A stretch of DNA of 63,916 nt, counting the filler, from Asterionella formosa (lineage: Eukaryota), in the NCBI GenBank assembly GCA_002256025.1. It is 21 parts of 21 records of this genome, joined end to end, with 100 filler letters (N's around TTAATTAATTAA, not from the genome) between each part and the next. Parts side by side here need not be neighbours in the genome. Positions count along the whole stretch, not along the records: positions 52,255 to 53,462 come from NKIB01003671.1; positions 53,563 to 54,769 come from NKIB01003673.1; positions 54,870 to 56,075 come from NKIB01003674.1; positions 56,176 to 57,382 come from NKIB01003675.1; positions 57,483 to 58,689 come from NKIB01003676.1; positions 58,790 to 59,996 come from NKIB01003677.1; positions 60,097 to 61,303 come from NKIB01003678.1; positions 61,404 to 62,610 come from NKIB01003679.1; 13 more parts are not named here. One strand, given 5' to 3'. The notes under the pieces are model-generated. The model saw only the letters and a program-made list of their open reading frames with translations, was not told where the DNA came from and made no database searches. The position numbers and the translations under genes were made by a program. The first letter of the stretch is position 1; each line of letters starts with the position of its first letter. Shown here piece after piece: positions 52,403 through 63,916 of the stretch.

Positions 52403-53462
52403 CACTCTTCTTGACCTTTCACACAGTTTGTCACTTAAGTTCTATACAACCTTGGATCCTTCTACAATCTGTAATCTTCTGGAAATTTCTAGTTTTCATT
52501 ACCTTCCATTTAAGACTCAATCTCTTATATATATCACTACATCATCAAGTGATATACTGACTGGTTATCAAGCCCAATTGCGCTTATTTTCTGTGAAATA
52601 AAAGCAACCTCTACAAGATTAAAACAATCTCAGTCACTTTCCTTTCTATTACTCAAGGAAATCTTCTTTATAGTCCTTCCTCATCATGTCAGGCAATATT
52701 CCTGATCCTCTCCCTTATTCCATGACCATCGACAAACCTATTATGGGAGGACTCACCATTTGTCCAACCGAAATTGTTGCATGGACTGGAGGTCAACCTA
52801 ACATAGATTGGACTGGATTGACCAATGTCAAAGCAATCAAGCGTTCTCCCAACTGCTCTCGTCCAACTAAGTCCAGTGATCAGTCAAGGAACTGGAACTA
52901 CCGCACAGCTCCACCTCTCATTCTGTTTAAAAAGGATGGCAAGGACCTAGACCTATACTCCTATGGTGTTAAGGTTTTGGCACATCTTGAACTCACAGGT
53001 ATGGACTCCATCATGTATGTCAAGAGTCTCAGTGATGGCACCAATATGGTCAATGTCATCAAGGACTTTGAGCAGGTCACCCTTTCCCATGTCCTTGACG
53101 AATCTGAGTACTACAAGAACAAATTTGATTCATATGACCAGGACAATGACACAACTGCTCGCTTGTATCTTGAATCCACACTTGATCCCTCACTCCTCAA
53201 GGAACTTGACCTCCGTCAGGAACCAGGTGACTCTGCTGCCGTTACCTGGATGCGCATCCTTCGCCTGGTTAGCAGTGGATCTGTTGAGCGATTCAACCGA
53301 AAGAAAGATGAACTCAAGCAACTGTCTCCAATTAAGGAACCTGGTGAAAGTGTCTCACTTTATGCCAACAAGATCCGCAGAATTTGCCGTGAACTTGAAA
53401 ATGCCCATCAGTTTGAATGGGTGTTAGTGTTGGCAATCATTAAGGCACTCTGTCAGGTTTCA
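52255..53462 (+). mobile_element. Ty1/copia (CoDi-like) LTR retrotransposon 5' part: LTR end, PBS and gag (52686 onward)
   Basis: 25-bp tandem repeats, PBS-like GGTTATCAAGCCCA, and gag with HLELTGMDSIMY and PGESVSLYA. Confidence 0.8.
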
Positions 53463-53562
53463 NNNNNNNNNNNNNNNNNNNNNNNNNNNNNNNNNNNNNN
53501 NNNNNNTTAATTAATTAANNNNNNNNNNNNNNNNNNNNNNNNNNNNNNNNNNNNNNNNNNNN

Positions 53563-54769
53563 TTGGCCATATTTTGGATAGCCAAAATACCCGTGTTTGG
53601 AGGAACTTGAGGTCCATAGAACGTTGCATGACAATGCATATGCTCAGGTGTATACTTAAGATAGCGGTGACGTCCATTTTGATCTTCGGTGGAAAAAAGG
53701 GGAATACTTTGGAATCTCCTCCAACCAACGCTGAATACCAAAGGATCGTTGCATTTAAGAATCCTTTTATGCCACCGATGCTTCTTGAATCTACATCGAA
53801 CCAAGCCAAGGTTTGTTTCTTGAGGAGTGAGTCCTCCAATTACCAGTGGCATGTTGGGATCAAATGAAGTGAGAAACTTTGCAGGTATGCCGTCAATGCG
53901 AATTCTGCAGTAAAAACCTTGCCGGAAGCCTTCATGACGCACCCTCGAACGATCTCCCTCATCATCAAACTCCTCCTTATTGCGTTTTAGTCGCTCATCC
54001 TTTTCATGTTTCAAGGCATCCAGGTAATCATTTTCTGCATCTTCATCCTTCGCGTCAACAGCCCCAGGTCCCTTTGCCTTTTTCTCGCCGTCGTAAAGTT
54101 CGTTAAATTTATTTTTTTGGCTGGCTTTCTTCTCAGCATGGTATGCACGGATCTCGTCATCATTGCGGATATCAATATGATCATCGAGATCGCTGTTCAC
54201 TTCATCGTCATTGTCGTCGACTCCAAATTTTTCGCCAGTTTCGAGATCTTGAAAGTCGCCTCGCACTGATTCCTCATCGCCCTCTGCATTCTTTTCCCAA
54301 TTACAAGTGACAAAGTTGTCTCGAAGACTTTCCAAAAGACAATCATCTCCCTCTTGCAACCACATGCTGACATCGAATCCAGTGGTATCACAAGAAAAAA
54401 TACGAGACGAGTCCTCTTCTCCAAGGCTGCTACCCTGTTGATAAATGTCTTGGGTTTCCAAGCCTGTTTTTGAAACATTGTCATTGTTCTTTCCTCTAAC
54501 TTTGAAGAAGTCACCATCATCCTTTGATTCCTTATCATCGTCGTGTTCGCCATCATCACTTGTGACAACAGACGATTTCGAAGTGCCATAAATCATCTCT
54601 TGAAGGTTTACATTTTCATCTCGTCGGTTCAGAAAAGATTGAGTAGCACGTTCAGCTATGTTTCGCTTCCATAGAGGACTTTCCGTTACAATTTCAATTT
54701 GCTCTTCATCATCGTAACTATCGTCAGACTCTCCCGAACTTGAGTCATCGCTTGACACCCCTTCATCGC
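53563..54769 (-). CDS. BMS1: ribosome biogenesis GTPase BMS1, internal fragment
   Basis: EGFRQGFYCRI, RFKKHRWHKRILKCNDPLVFSVGWRRFQSIP, RYLKYTPEHMHC. Confidence 0.95.
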
Positions 54770-54869
54770 NNNNNNNNNNNNNNNNNNNNNNNNNNNNNNN
54801 NNNNNNNNNNNNNTTAATTAATTAANNNNNNNNNNNNNNNNNNNNNNNNNNNNNNNNNNNNNNNNNNNN

Positions 54870-54934
54870 CTACCAGCAAAGGCAAATGATGTGCAGAGCG
54901 CAAGAACTATCCCAACACTTCTGAAGAGCTTCAT
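54870..54934 (-). CDS. 5' end of a secreted or ER-targeted protein
   Basis: MKLFRSVGIVLALCTSFAFAG signal peptide at the contig edge, preceded by a candidate 5'UTR intron (GTAAGT 55152 to CAG 54938). Confidence 0.5.
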
Positions 54935-55764
54935 AGTCTGCGAAACGAGAACAATCATAGTCAGATAGCTACCATCACATGATGTGAGTTCATAAGATCA
55001 AATTGGTAGTCTGTGGCGGGCGCAGGTTCATTGTCGGTAGTTTGCTTGTTGATGCCATGCGAAATTACAGAGATCTATTCATTTACATTGTACGTAGTAT
55101 TGGAGCAAACTGCCTGCGATGCATGATTGGAAATACATGATCGTTCACTTACCTTGAATGCAGGAAATTGGTAAATTTGATAGATTATGGGAACATGTTA
55201 TAATTAAAATCAGAAAGCAACTGAAGTGTCGCTCATATTTTGTTGTTGCTTTGATGATGGCTTCGCGGCTTCGCATTCATTCAAAGGTTTTCCATCATAC
55301 CAAGTCAGATTCATCGGCGACACCTATTCTTCAGAACCACATATATTACTGCCATAAAAACCAGTATTCATTGACATCCCTATTCGAAGGTTCGTTGAGC
55401 ATATTGCCCACATGATATCTTCAGCATTCCCATTCATTTGATGGAGTGCTTCTCATTTCAATTTTTTTTCTAGCAGGCAAAGGTGAGTATTACCAGTACC
55501 GGTATTCCATATAATTTGAACGATGATCGTGTGAGGAAACATTTTCCACGTCATGATCAAAAACAGTGATTTTTTTATATACAGAAATATCTTAGATGAT
55601 GATAACATCACAAAGGGGTATTCGTATATGAATATGTGTATGGCTAATCCATTGTCATTTAAACACCCGGAGATACCGCCATCTATACCGGTACCGGTAC
55701 TCGAAATAATTAGCAATTCTGCACAGTATTCCTCTGGACCCATTGCTGATGACGAGAAGCGATA

Positions 55765-55905
55765 CCTGCAGGTTTTTGCGGTCATTTTGCTGGTACCTTG
55801 TATGTACGAGCAAGTTCCAGTCATTTGGCTTAAATCAACAAATTAATTAAGGATAAAAACAGCTAAACCTTTAGTTTCAGCACAATTACCGCAACGACCT
55901 GCAGG
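55765..55905. mobile_element. MITE family A, copy 3 (inverted, with internal insertion)
   Basis: TA|CCTGCAGG..TTGCGGTCATTTTGC...GGATAAAAACAGCTAAA...CCGCAACGACCTGCAGG|TA. Confidence 0.7.
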
Positions 55906-56615
55906 TACCAGGTACTATGCATACAAATACCGGTACCAGTACCGGTAGGCAGCTGCGTTCACACGAGGCGAGAAACAGTCCTCGTCGCTCAGCCACATCC
56001 GGGCCCTTTTGTCGGCGTGTTCGGATGAGGAGAAAATCGTTCTATCGCTCTTCGTTCCGGCCATTCAGTATTCCTNNNNNNNNNNNNNNNNNNNNNNNNN
56101 NNNNNNNNNNNNNNNNNNNTTAATTAATTAANNNNNNNNNNNNNNNNNNNNNNNNNNNNNNNNNNNNNNNNNNNNACACTAAAGAGCCCGGAGAATTCTC
56201 ATTTTGATGTAGCAGGCAGTGGTCTGGGAGTTCGCTTATTGCTAGCCTTCCACGATGTTCCCGACGATTCTAACTACAATACCCGTAGTACAATTCTCTT
56301 TTGCTTGCTTCTTGCCTCCTAATCACGATTAATGGCTCTTGGATGTTCATTCGAAATGATTTACGGTATGCATGTACACATATAGGCATGTACGATGTAC
56401 CCATGAGTAGTACTTTATGTTCCATACGTAACTTATGTACACCTACTTTGTACTGTGTTATGTTGATGTTTTTCGACTACCGGTAGACGTACAGTAGTTT
56501 GTATGATTGAGATGATGTTACCCCCAGGTACCTGGTACCAGGTACCCTGATACCAGTTACCGGTATGTATTTACCGGTTCGTTAGTACTTGGTACGTAAA
56601 ATTTTGATGATTGGT

Positions 56616-56827
56616 CTTGTGTTCAGGTATGTCAGAGTGTGTCTGTTAGACTGTTGATGTCGACAGGTGTCCGAAGACTAGGTAGTCTGAGGAGTGTCTA
56701 AACGGAAATAGACAGGATTTATACAGCAGAAGAATCTGCAGACGAGCGGCGTGAGAACGATCTTGACCGGTCATTCCTGGGCAGTACTGGAGCGTGCTAG
56801 AATAGGCGCCATATATTTCAACACAGG
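56616..56827. repeat. dispersed repeat family B, copy 2 (possible MITE)
   Basis: Homologous to 49311-49538; weak terminal inversion CTTGTGTTCAGGTAT / ATATTTCAACACAGG. Confidence 0.75.
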
Positions 56828-57482
56828 TACCGGTACCTGGTACTCCTTACCAAGTACCAGGTACCACGACCAAGCTGCTGGGCCGGTGTCAACAAAGCAA
56901 TTCTATTTTATTCACTTCCCTGTCACACCTTACCAGTACTGTATCTATTTATTAACTCTGTATATTCCAAGGTACTTACTATACACAACTTCCGCTATGG
57001 TACAGGTCGTTACTCGCAATTCCTTCCCTCCTTGTCATGTGGATGTGAACCTGCAGGCGCTGGCGGACCAAAATGCCCTGTGCAGGATGTTCGCTGACTG
57101 CCTTGATTGCACCTGGTACCTGGTACCTGATCCTACCTACTATGTAAATATTCAAAATTTACTCCTAATTATCTAATAATCATTCAGCATTTATGTAGTA
57201 TGTACTTGTAGGGGCAACCCAGTACCAGGTACTACATAGATGTCGGTAATGCATATATCCGGGAAACTCATGGCAAGACGGTACATACATAGGGTACATG
57301 CTCCGCATTCATTTGAACATCATTTTTCAATCTTGTATGCTTCGCGTTATTACAGCATATTGGTCTTGTGGTACCTGGTACCNNNNNNNNNNNNNNNNNN
57401 NNNNNNNNNNNNNNNNNNNNNNNNNNTTAATTAATTAANNNNNNNNNNNNNNNNNNNNNNNNNNNNNNNNNNNNNNNNNNNN

Positions 57483-58580
57483 TGTTGTCCTGCCTCCCAA
57501 CGATTGTCATCCAAGTAGCTACCACATTGATGGCTTCATTACCTTAAACATTCTCCATCCTTCGAATGCGCAATGTGTCGAAGTCACAATGTTTTTCGTT
57601 ATGTATTGCAAAATTTTTCTTTTCTTGTCATGTGCTTTACTACGACGTATCTTTTCATGAAGCAGCAGGCATTGTTTGTTAACATGACAGAACGATTTCA
57701 AAAATATATATATGCCATGAATATAGAAATAAAATTTGTAAATATATATATATATTAAGTGTTGTACATTTATAAAATTCAAACGCGCTCTCGACATGGA
57801 ACATCTGATATGGTTGAGATGATCATACTCGCATATACATAATTCGAAAATACTCAATGCACTATATGTCCATTGTTTTCCACGACTACGTGTACCGGTA
57901 TTATCTCTGAAATTTGTTTGCATCGATGCTTTCTACGTCCGTTGAAACTAATTATTTAGACCGTTAAATAGCCGCCAGGGTTTTGGTAGCAAATTGTTTA
58001 AGCCCCTTTTTTGGTCGGGAGCTCTTCATGTGTACCGGTACATCATATGACAATAACAATATACCATATATATATACAGAGTACCAGTAGCAGGTAGTAA
58101 GTGATATACTGGGGGTAGTCGGAGTAGTAAACTAGCAACAGAACACCATATGTTCAGGACTGTTGCTACTGCAGTGGGACAGTAAATCATCATATTTTTA
58201 GGATCGTATGATCATAAAACTAAAAACCAAAAGAACATCATATGTTTATGACTCTTGTAATTACATTGGGACAGTAAATCATCATAGTTTTAGGATCGTA
58301 TGATCGTAAAACTAAAAACAAATAGAACACCATATGTTCATGACTGTTGCAATTACAGTGGGATAGTAAATCATCATAGTTTTAGGATCAAATGATCGTG
58401 AAACTGAAAAGCGGTACCGGTAGTCGGAGTAATAAGCAAGCAATAGAACACCATAGTAAATCATCATATTTAATATTGTATGATCGTGAAACTGAAAAGC
58501 GGTAGTCGGAGTAATAAGCAAGCAATAGAACACCATATGTCTATGACTGCTGCTACAACAGCGGGACAGTACCGGTAAAT
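57483..58580. repeat. non-coding repeat family C, copy 1, with an internal ~92-bp tandem array (58140-58580)
   Basis: Highly similar to ~63200-63916; GAACA(C/T)CATA recurs at 58141, 58233 and 58325. Confidence 0.9.
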
Positions 58581-60599
58581 GAATTTAAGATCATCGAACT
58601 TTAAGGAAGACAACGACAACAGCTGGTCGTGTTGCTGGTCCACTTTTAATGGCCGAAGAAGGAAGCGACGAAAAGATCACCATTACGAGNNNNNNNNNNN
58701 NNNNNNNNNNNNNNNNNNNNNNNNNNNNNNNNNTTAATTAATTAANNNNNNNNNNNNNNNNNNNNNNNNNNNNNNNNNNNNNNNNNNNNAATCATATGAT
58801 ATACAACAATCAATATGAACCTTCACCTCATTTGAAACAATATAGTATATCTTGTCGTGGTATTGACTTCTACGGAGATGGCAAACTATTTAGGCGCACG
58901 GCATCATCAAGCAAATGCGTTATGATTGAATTTGGGTATAACATGTAGGGAGTACATAACAGGTTTTCATGCAACTTTCTAATAACACGCATGACAAGTG
59001 CTTTAACACGTGACCTAATCCGTCCTCGAAAACGTATATAAATTTATATTCATTTATCTAGAAGAAAAAAATACTGCCATGACCCATTGAAATCACTTTT
59101 TATCTGCTTTTTATTATCATCGTATCTTCTAAGGAAATCGTTCAATCAGCATTCTAACACAACAGCTAACAAGGTGACGGAGAGTTTCTGTACACTCAAA
59201 AGAGATCATACCGTTGACATCATTTTATCTTATGATTACAACAGTGAATTTATAATTTATTATCACGTAGTCACAGTCACTAGTAACTAAGCCTATGATA
59301 GTTTGATCACATTTATAAGATCAAATAAAAACACATTTTTTTAAAGGTTCTTCATAAATATTTCTAATATACATATTACTAAATAATTTTACAATAATAA
59401 GATGTTATTATCATCTCTATCATTATGTCAAAATATATAATTTGATGAATGTATTGCTATAGTGGTAAATACCAATAGGTATTCTCTTTGAGTTTACACT
59501 AGAAGACGTCTTTACATCGAGGAAGAAATTGAAACAACTCATTGAATCGGTTGAGAGCACATGTCTGTTCCTTTGCCAATTTCATAATTTCGAGAAGGTT
59601 TACAATTCTCCAGAATAAAGAGTTCATCTGTTAATTCAATTGTTGCCCCAATTCATTTATCAGAGAGGTCATCTTCTACAGCAAATTCCAAACATTTGAA
59701 CCATGTTTTTCCAATGAAAAGTAGCGGGCTATTCTTATTGATTGTTCACCAAATCGAGAAGAAGCCAGTCGATCTCTCTAATAATGCACGATATTTCCCG
59801 TGACAAGACAAGGGCACCTCTACATGTAGAGGCTAAGCTTTCTAAAACAGAATATGTCAACAACCCTACCCCAGATTGCCTGATGAATAAAGATGATAAT
59901 GACTTAAGTGCTGGTTTAATAGATTCTGTTGTTCTTCCAAGAAAGACAACAATATCAAGTAATGACGTCTGCAAATAAAAACAATCATATTTCCATNNNN
60001 NNNNNNNNNNNNNNNNNNNNNNNNNNNNNNNNNNNNNNNNTTAATTAATTAANNNNNNNNNNNNNNNNNNNNNNNNNNNNNNNNNNNNNNNNNNNNAATG
60101 CCTGCCTGTTTCTTCCAGAGGAACCGGCCCACAACAGAGTCCTTCTTGTTATCTGGAAGCGAAGAACAAGATTCACAGAGTCAGATGATGGCTGGTTTTT
60201 AACAAACAAGACCTTTTTACATTCCATATCAAACAATGCATGTTCAAGTTCAAACGCAGGGCGAGGAACACCAAGGAAGAGAAGGGTATACAGCCACAGT
60301 AAACACAACGAAAGAACAATAGAATAAGAACAAGAAAAATGACAGCAGAAACAGCAGGGACAGCGATAACGACAACGAGAACACAACCATGATAGCAGAA
60401 AAGACGACAAAAACGACAACAATAACAATAACAATAATTTCATTTTACCATGAATGTGATATTTTGTTCCTTTCATTCCAGCAGCTGCTTTTCGTTAAGA
60501 AAACTGGCGCGGACGGTTTTCCTCGCCGACATTCATTTTGTACTAAATTTGTGTACATTGTACTTCAGAAAAAGCTGGCGCAGTCTATGCGTAGTCAGC

Positions 60600-61303
60600 A
60601 TTGATCAAATTCGTCATCAGGATGCGTAAAATATTTTCGGTGCTTGCTGTGGACTGATGACCAGTGCTGTAGCAACCTAAATTCCAATTCATTTCTTTCT
60701 CAACCAATTTGATGCCGACTTCTATCTAATATATTATTTGATGTACCCGAAATCAAAGGCTTTTTGTCGAATGTCGATATGCTCAGAACAAGAGTATATT
60801 GTCCAAAGTATGCATCAGGATGGCGTGTAAATTTTAGGTGTCTGCTGTGGACTGATGACTACTGCTTTAACAACCAAACTTCCAATTCATCTTTCTCTAC
60901 CAATTCATTGTCAATTTCTATCTAGCATAGTATTCGATTTATACGAGATATCAATGCCGATATTTCGAATGTCGATATGCTCGCTCAGAACGAACATACA
61001 TTGATCAAATTGCTCATCAGGATGGTGTGTAAATTTTCGGTACTTGTAGCTTGATCATTAGTGCAGTAGAAACAAAAATTCCAAACCTCCTTTCTCCACC
61101 AATTTAAGGCCGATTTCTATCCAGCATAGTATTCGATGTACACGAGATCAAAGTCGTCATGAAAAATGTCGATATTCTCAGAACGACTATATATTGATCA
61201 ATGGAGGCATCAGAATGAGTAAAATTTTTGGATGCTTGTGCACTGATCATCAGTGCTGTGGCAACAAGAATTCCAAACCTCCTCCTTTCTCCACCAATTT
61301 AAG
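60600..61303. repeat. diverged ~200-bp tandem repeat (~3.5 units)
   Basis: CATCAG(G/A)ATG at 60615, 60813, 61015 and 61208; AATGTCGATAT and TTCCAA..C..TT.CT..ACCAATT recur in the units. Confidence 0.88.
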
Positions 61304-61403
61304 NNNNNNNNNNNNNNNNNNNNNNNNNNNNNNNNNNNNNNNNNNNNTTAATTAATTAANNNNNNNNNNNNNNNNNNNNNNNNNNNNNNNNNNNNNNNNN
61401 NNN

Positions 61404-62610
61404 CCACCTTGGATCCCTACAAGATCCACCACCTTGGATCCCTACAAGATCCACCACCTTGGATCCCTACAAGATCCACCACCTTGGATCCCTACAAGAT
61501 CCACCACCTTGGATCCCTACAAGATCCACCACCCTAAATCCCTACAAGATTCACTCTTCTTGACCTTTCACACAGTTTGTCACTTAAGTTCTATACAACC
61601 TTGGATCCTTCTACAATCTGTAATCTTCTGGAAATTTCTAGTTTTCATTACCTTCCATTTAAGACTCAATCTCTTATATATATCACTACATCATCAAGTG
61701 ATATACTGACTGGTTATGAGCCCAATTGCGCTTATTTTCTGTGAAATAAAAGCAACCTCTACAAGATTAAAACAATCTCAGTCACTTTCCTTTCTATTAC
61801 TCAAGGAAATCTTCTTTATAGTCCTTCCTCATCATGTCAGGCAATATTCCTGATCCTCTCCCTTATTCCATGACCATCGACAAACCTATTATGGGAGGAC
61901 TCACCATTTGTCCAACCGAAATTGTTGCATGGACTGGAGGTCAACCTAACATAGATTGGACTGGATTGACCAATGTCAAAGCAATCAAGCGTTCTCCCAA
62001 CTGCTCTCGTCCAACTAAGTCCAGTGATCAGTCAAGGAACTGGAACTACCGCACAGCTCCACCTCTCATTCTGTTTAAAAAGGATGGCAAGGACCTAGAC
62101 CTATACTCCTATGGTGTTAAGGTTTTGGCACATCTTGAACTCACAGGTATGGACTCCATCATGTATGTCAAGAGTCTCAGTGATGGCACCAATATGGTCA
62201 ATGTCATCAAGGACTTTGAGCAGGTCACCCTTTCCCATGTCCTTGACGAATCTGAGTACTACAAGAACAAATTTGATTCATATGACCAGGACAATGACAC
62301 AACTGCTCGCTTGTATCTTGAATCCACACTTGATCCCTCACTCCTCAAGGAACTTGACCTCCGTCAGGAACCAGGTGACTCTGCTGCCGTTACCTGGATG
62401 CGCATCCTTCGCCTGGTTAGCAGTGGATCTGTTGAGCGATTCAACCGAAAGAAAGATGAACTCAAGCAACTGTCTCCAATTAAGGAACCTGGTGAAAGTG
62501 TCTCACTTTATGCCAACAAGATCCGCAGAATTTGCCGTGAACTTGAAAATGCCCATCAGTTTGAATGGGTGTTAGTGTTGGCAATCATTAAGGCACTCTG
62601 TCAGGTTTCA
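61404..62610 (+). mobile_element. second near-identical copy of the copia 5' segment (gag from 61834)
   Basis: Identical to 52255-53462 by eye except the PBS, which reads GGTTATGAGCCCA. Confidence 0.85.
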
Positions 62611-63199
62611 NNNNNNNNNNNNNNNNNNNNNNNNNNNNNNNNNNNNNNNNNNNNTTAATTAATTAANNNNNNNNNNNNNNNNNNNNNNNNNNNNNNNNNN
62701 NNNNNNNNNNGCATTTAGGTACACAACAAGAACACACTCACCATTCAACTGTATTGCAGAGTTCTTTTGGATTTCATCCGAATGCTCCTGAATTGAAAGG
62801 GTTTGCTGCAATGTCAATTGAATGTAGAGGAAGATCAGTGTGAGTTATCAGTAGCGTTGCTCATATAGCCGTCAAAATAGCGCAGTAATCTTACCAGAAA
62901 AACTTCCATTCCGGACCTCATTGTCCCTGCCTGTTGTCAACAACAATGCGTGAGCTGACAAGCCATACTAGCATTTTTCGCCGACTATTCCGTTGTTTGA
63001 TTGGTTTTATGGTCCTATGCAGTTACAGAAACAATGAGAAGGAATGATTTGTTAGCTAGTAGTCATGATAGCTTTGTTCCAACAGAAGTGAATAGGTCCA
63101 ACGAGCGACAAGAGCACTTACGCAATTTGGTTTGGTTTTGTTTGAGCTGTTGAATCAACTGAGAAAAAAGGAAATGTGCGTTTAGTTAACAATTTGTTG

Positions 63200-63916
63200 T
63201 TGTGCTGCCTGCCTGCCTCCCAACGATTGTCATCCAAGTACCACGCACATTGATGGCTTCATTACCTTAAACATTCTCCATCCTTCGAATGCGCAATGTG
63301 TCGAAGTCACAATGTTTTTCGTTATGTATTGCGTAAACTTTCTTTGCTGTCATGTGCTTTACTACGACGTATCTTTTCATGAAGCAGCAGGCATTGATTG
63401 TTAACGTGACAGAACGATTTGAAAAATATATTGGCCATGAATATAGTAATAAAATTTGTAAATATATATATATATATAGAGTAATACATTTTATAAAATT
63501 CAAAGGCGCTCTCGATATGGAACATCTGATATGGTTGAGATGATCATACTCGCATATACATAATTCGAAAATACTCAATGCACTATATGTCCATTGTTTT
63601 CCACGACTACGTGAACCGTGTAAGTCATAACCGCCAGGGTTATGGTGGCAAATTGTTTAAGCCCCCTTTTTGGGCGGGAGCTCTTCATGTGTACCGGTAC
63701 ATCATATGACAATAACAATATATCATATATATATACAGAGTACCAGTAGCAGGTAGTAAGTGATATGCTGGTGGGGGTAGTCGGAGTAGTAAACTAGCAA
63801 CAGAACACCATATGTTCAGGACTGTTGCTACTGCAGTGGGACAGTAAATCATCATAGTTTTAGGATCATATGATCGTAAAACTAAAAACAAATAGAACAC
63901 GAAATGTCTATGACTG
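63200..63916. repeat. non-coding repeat family C, copy 2
   Basis: Aligns with 57483-58340 but lacks the segment ~57895-57965. Confidence 0.9.

Noticed and set aside
55950..56075. GCTGCGTTCACACGAG, reminiscent of a Harbinger TIR
   Set aside because: Only one end is visible before the contig break, so it cannot be supported.
59460..59996. Possible decayed coding sequence on the minus strand (similarly 42790-43500 and 21200-22100)
   Set aside because: Stops in all frames and no recognisable motif.

Overview
Eukaryotic nuclear DNA with diatom/stramenopile-like features: short GT-AG introns, HA-domain, HSF and ankyrin-like genes, and CoDi-type copia gag. The window is not one contiguous locus. 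Two gapped scaffolds (1-19509 and 30076-49538) and about 19 unrelated ~1.2-kb contigs are joined by an artificial N-TTAATTAATTAA-N linker. Recognisable genes: M3 oligopeptidase, RPB11, SWD2/WDR82, CMC1-like, ankyrin-like, an SLC10A7-like pseudogene, HA-repeat protein, ATP6AP2-like, rhomboid, RRM protein, GALE, SLC13-type transporter, bacterial-type AhpC/TSA, AMPK-gamma, Hpt, GET3, globin, cytosolic LeuRS, HSF-like and BMS1. Mobile DNA includes pogo/DDE-1, hAT, PIF/Harbinger, non-LTR and copia remnants, several MITEs and a tRNA-His-derived SINE-like element. The most striking unexplained signal is the saturation of non-coding DNA with TACCGGTA/TACCWGGTA-type words. Paralogue comparisons inside the window show these are short insertions at TA dinucleotides that match the ends of a resident TA-flanked MITE family, so they are probably accumulated transposon excision footprints. 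All family assignments come from recognising motifs by eye; no searches were run.
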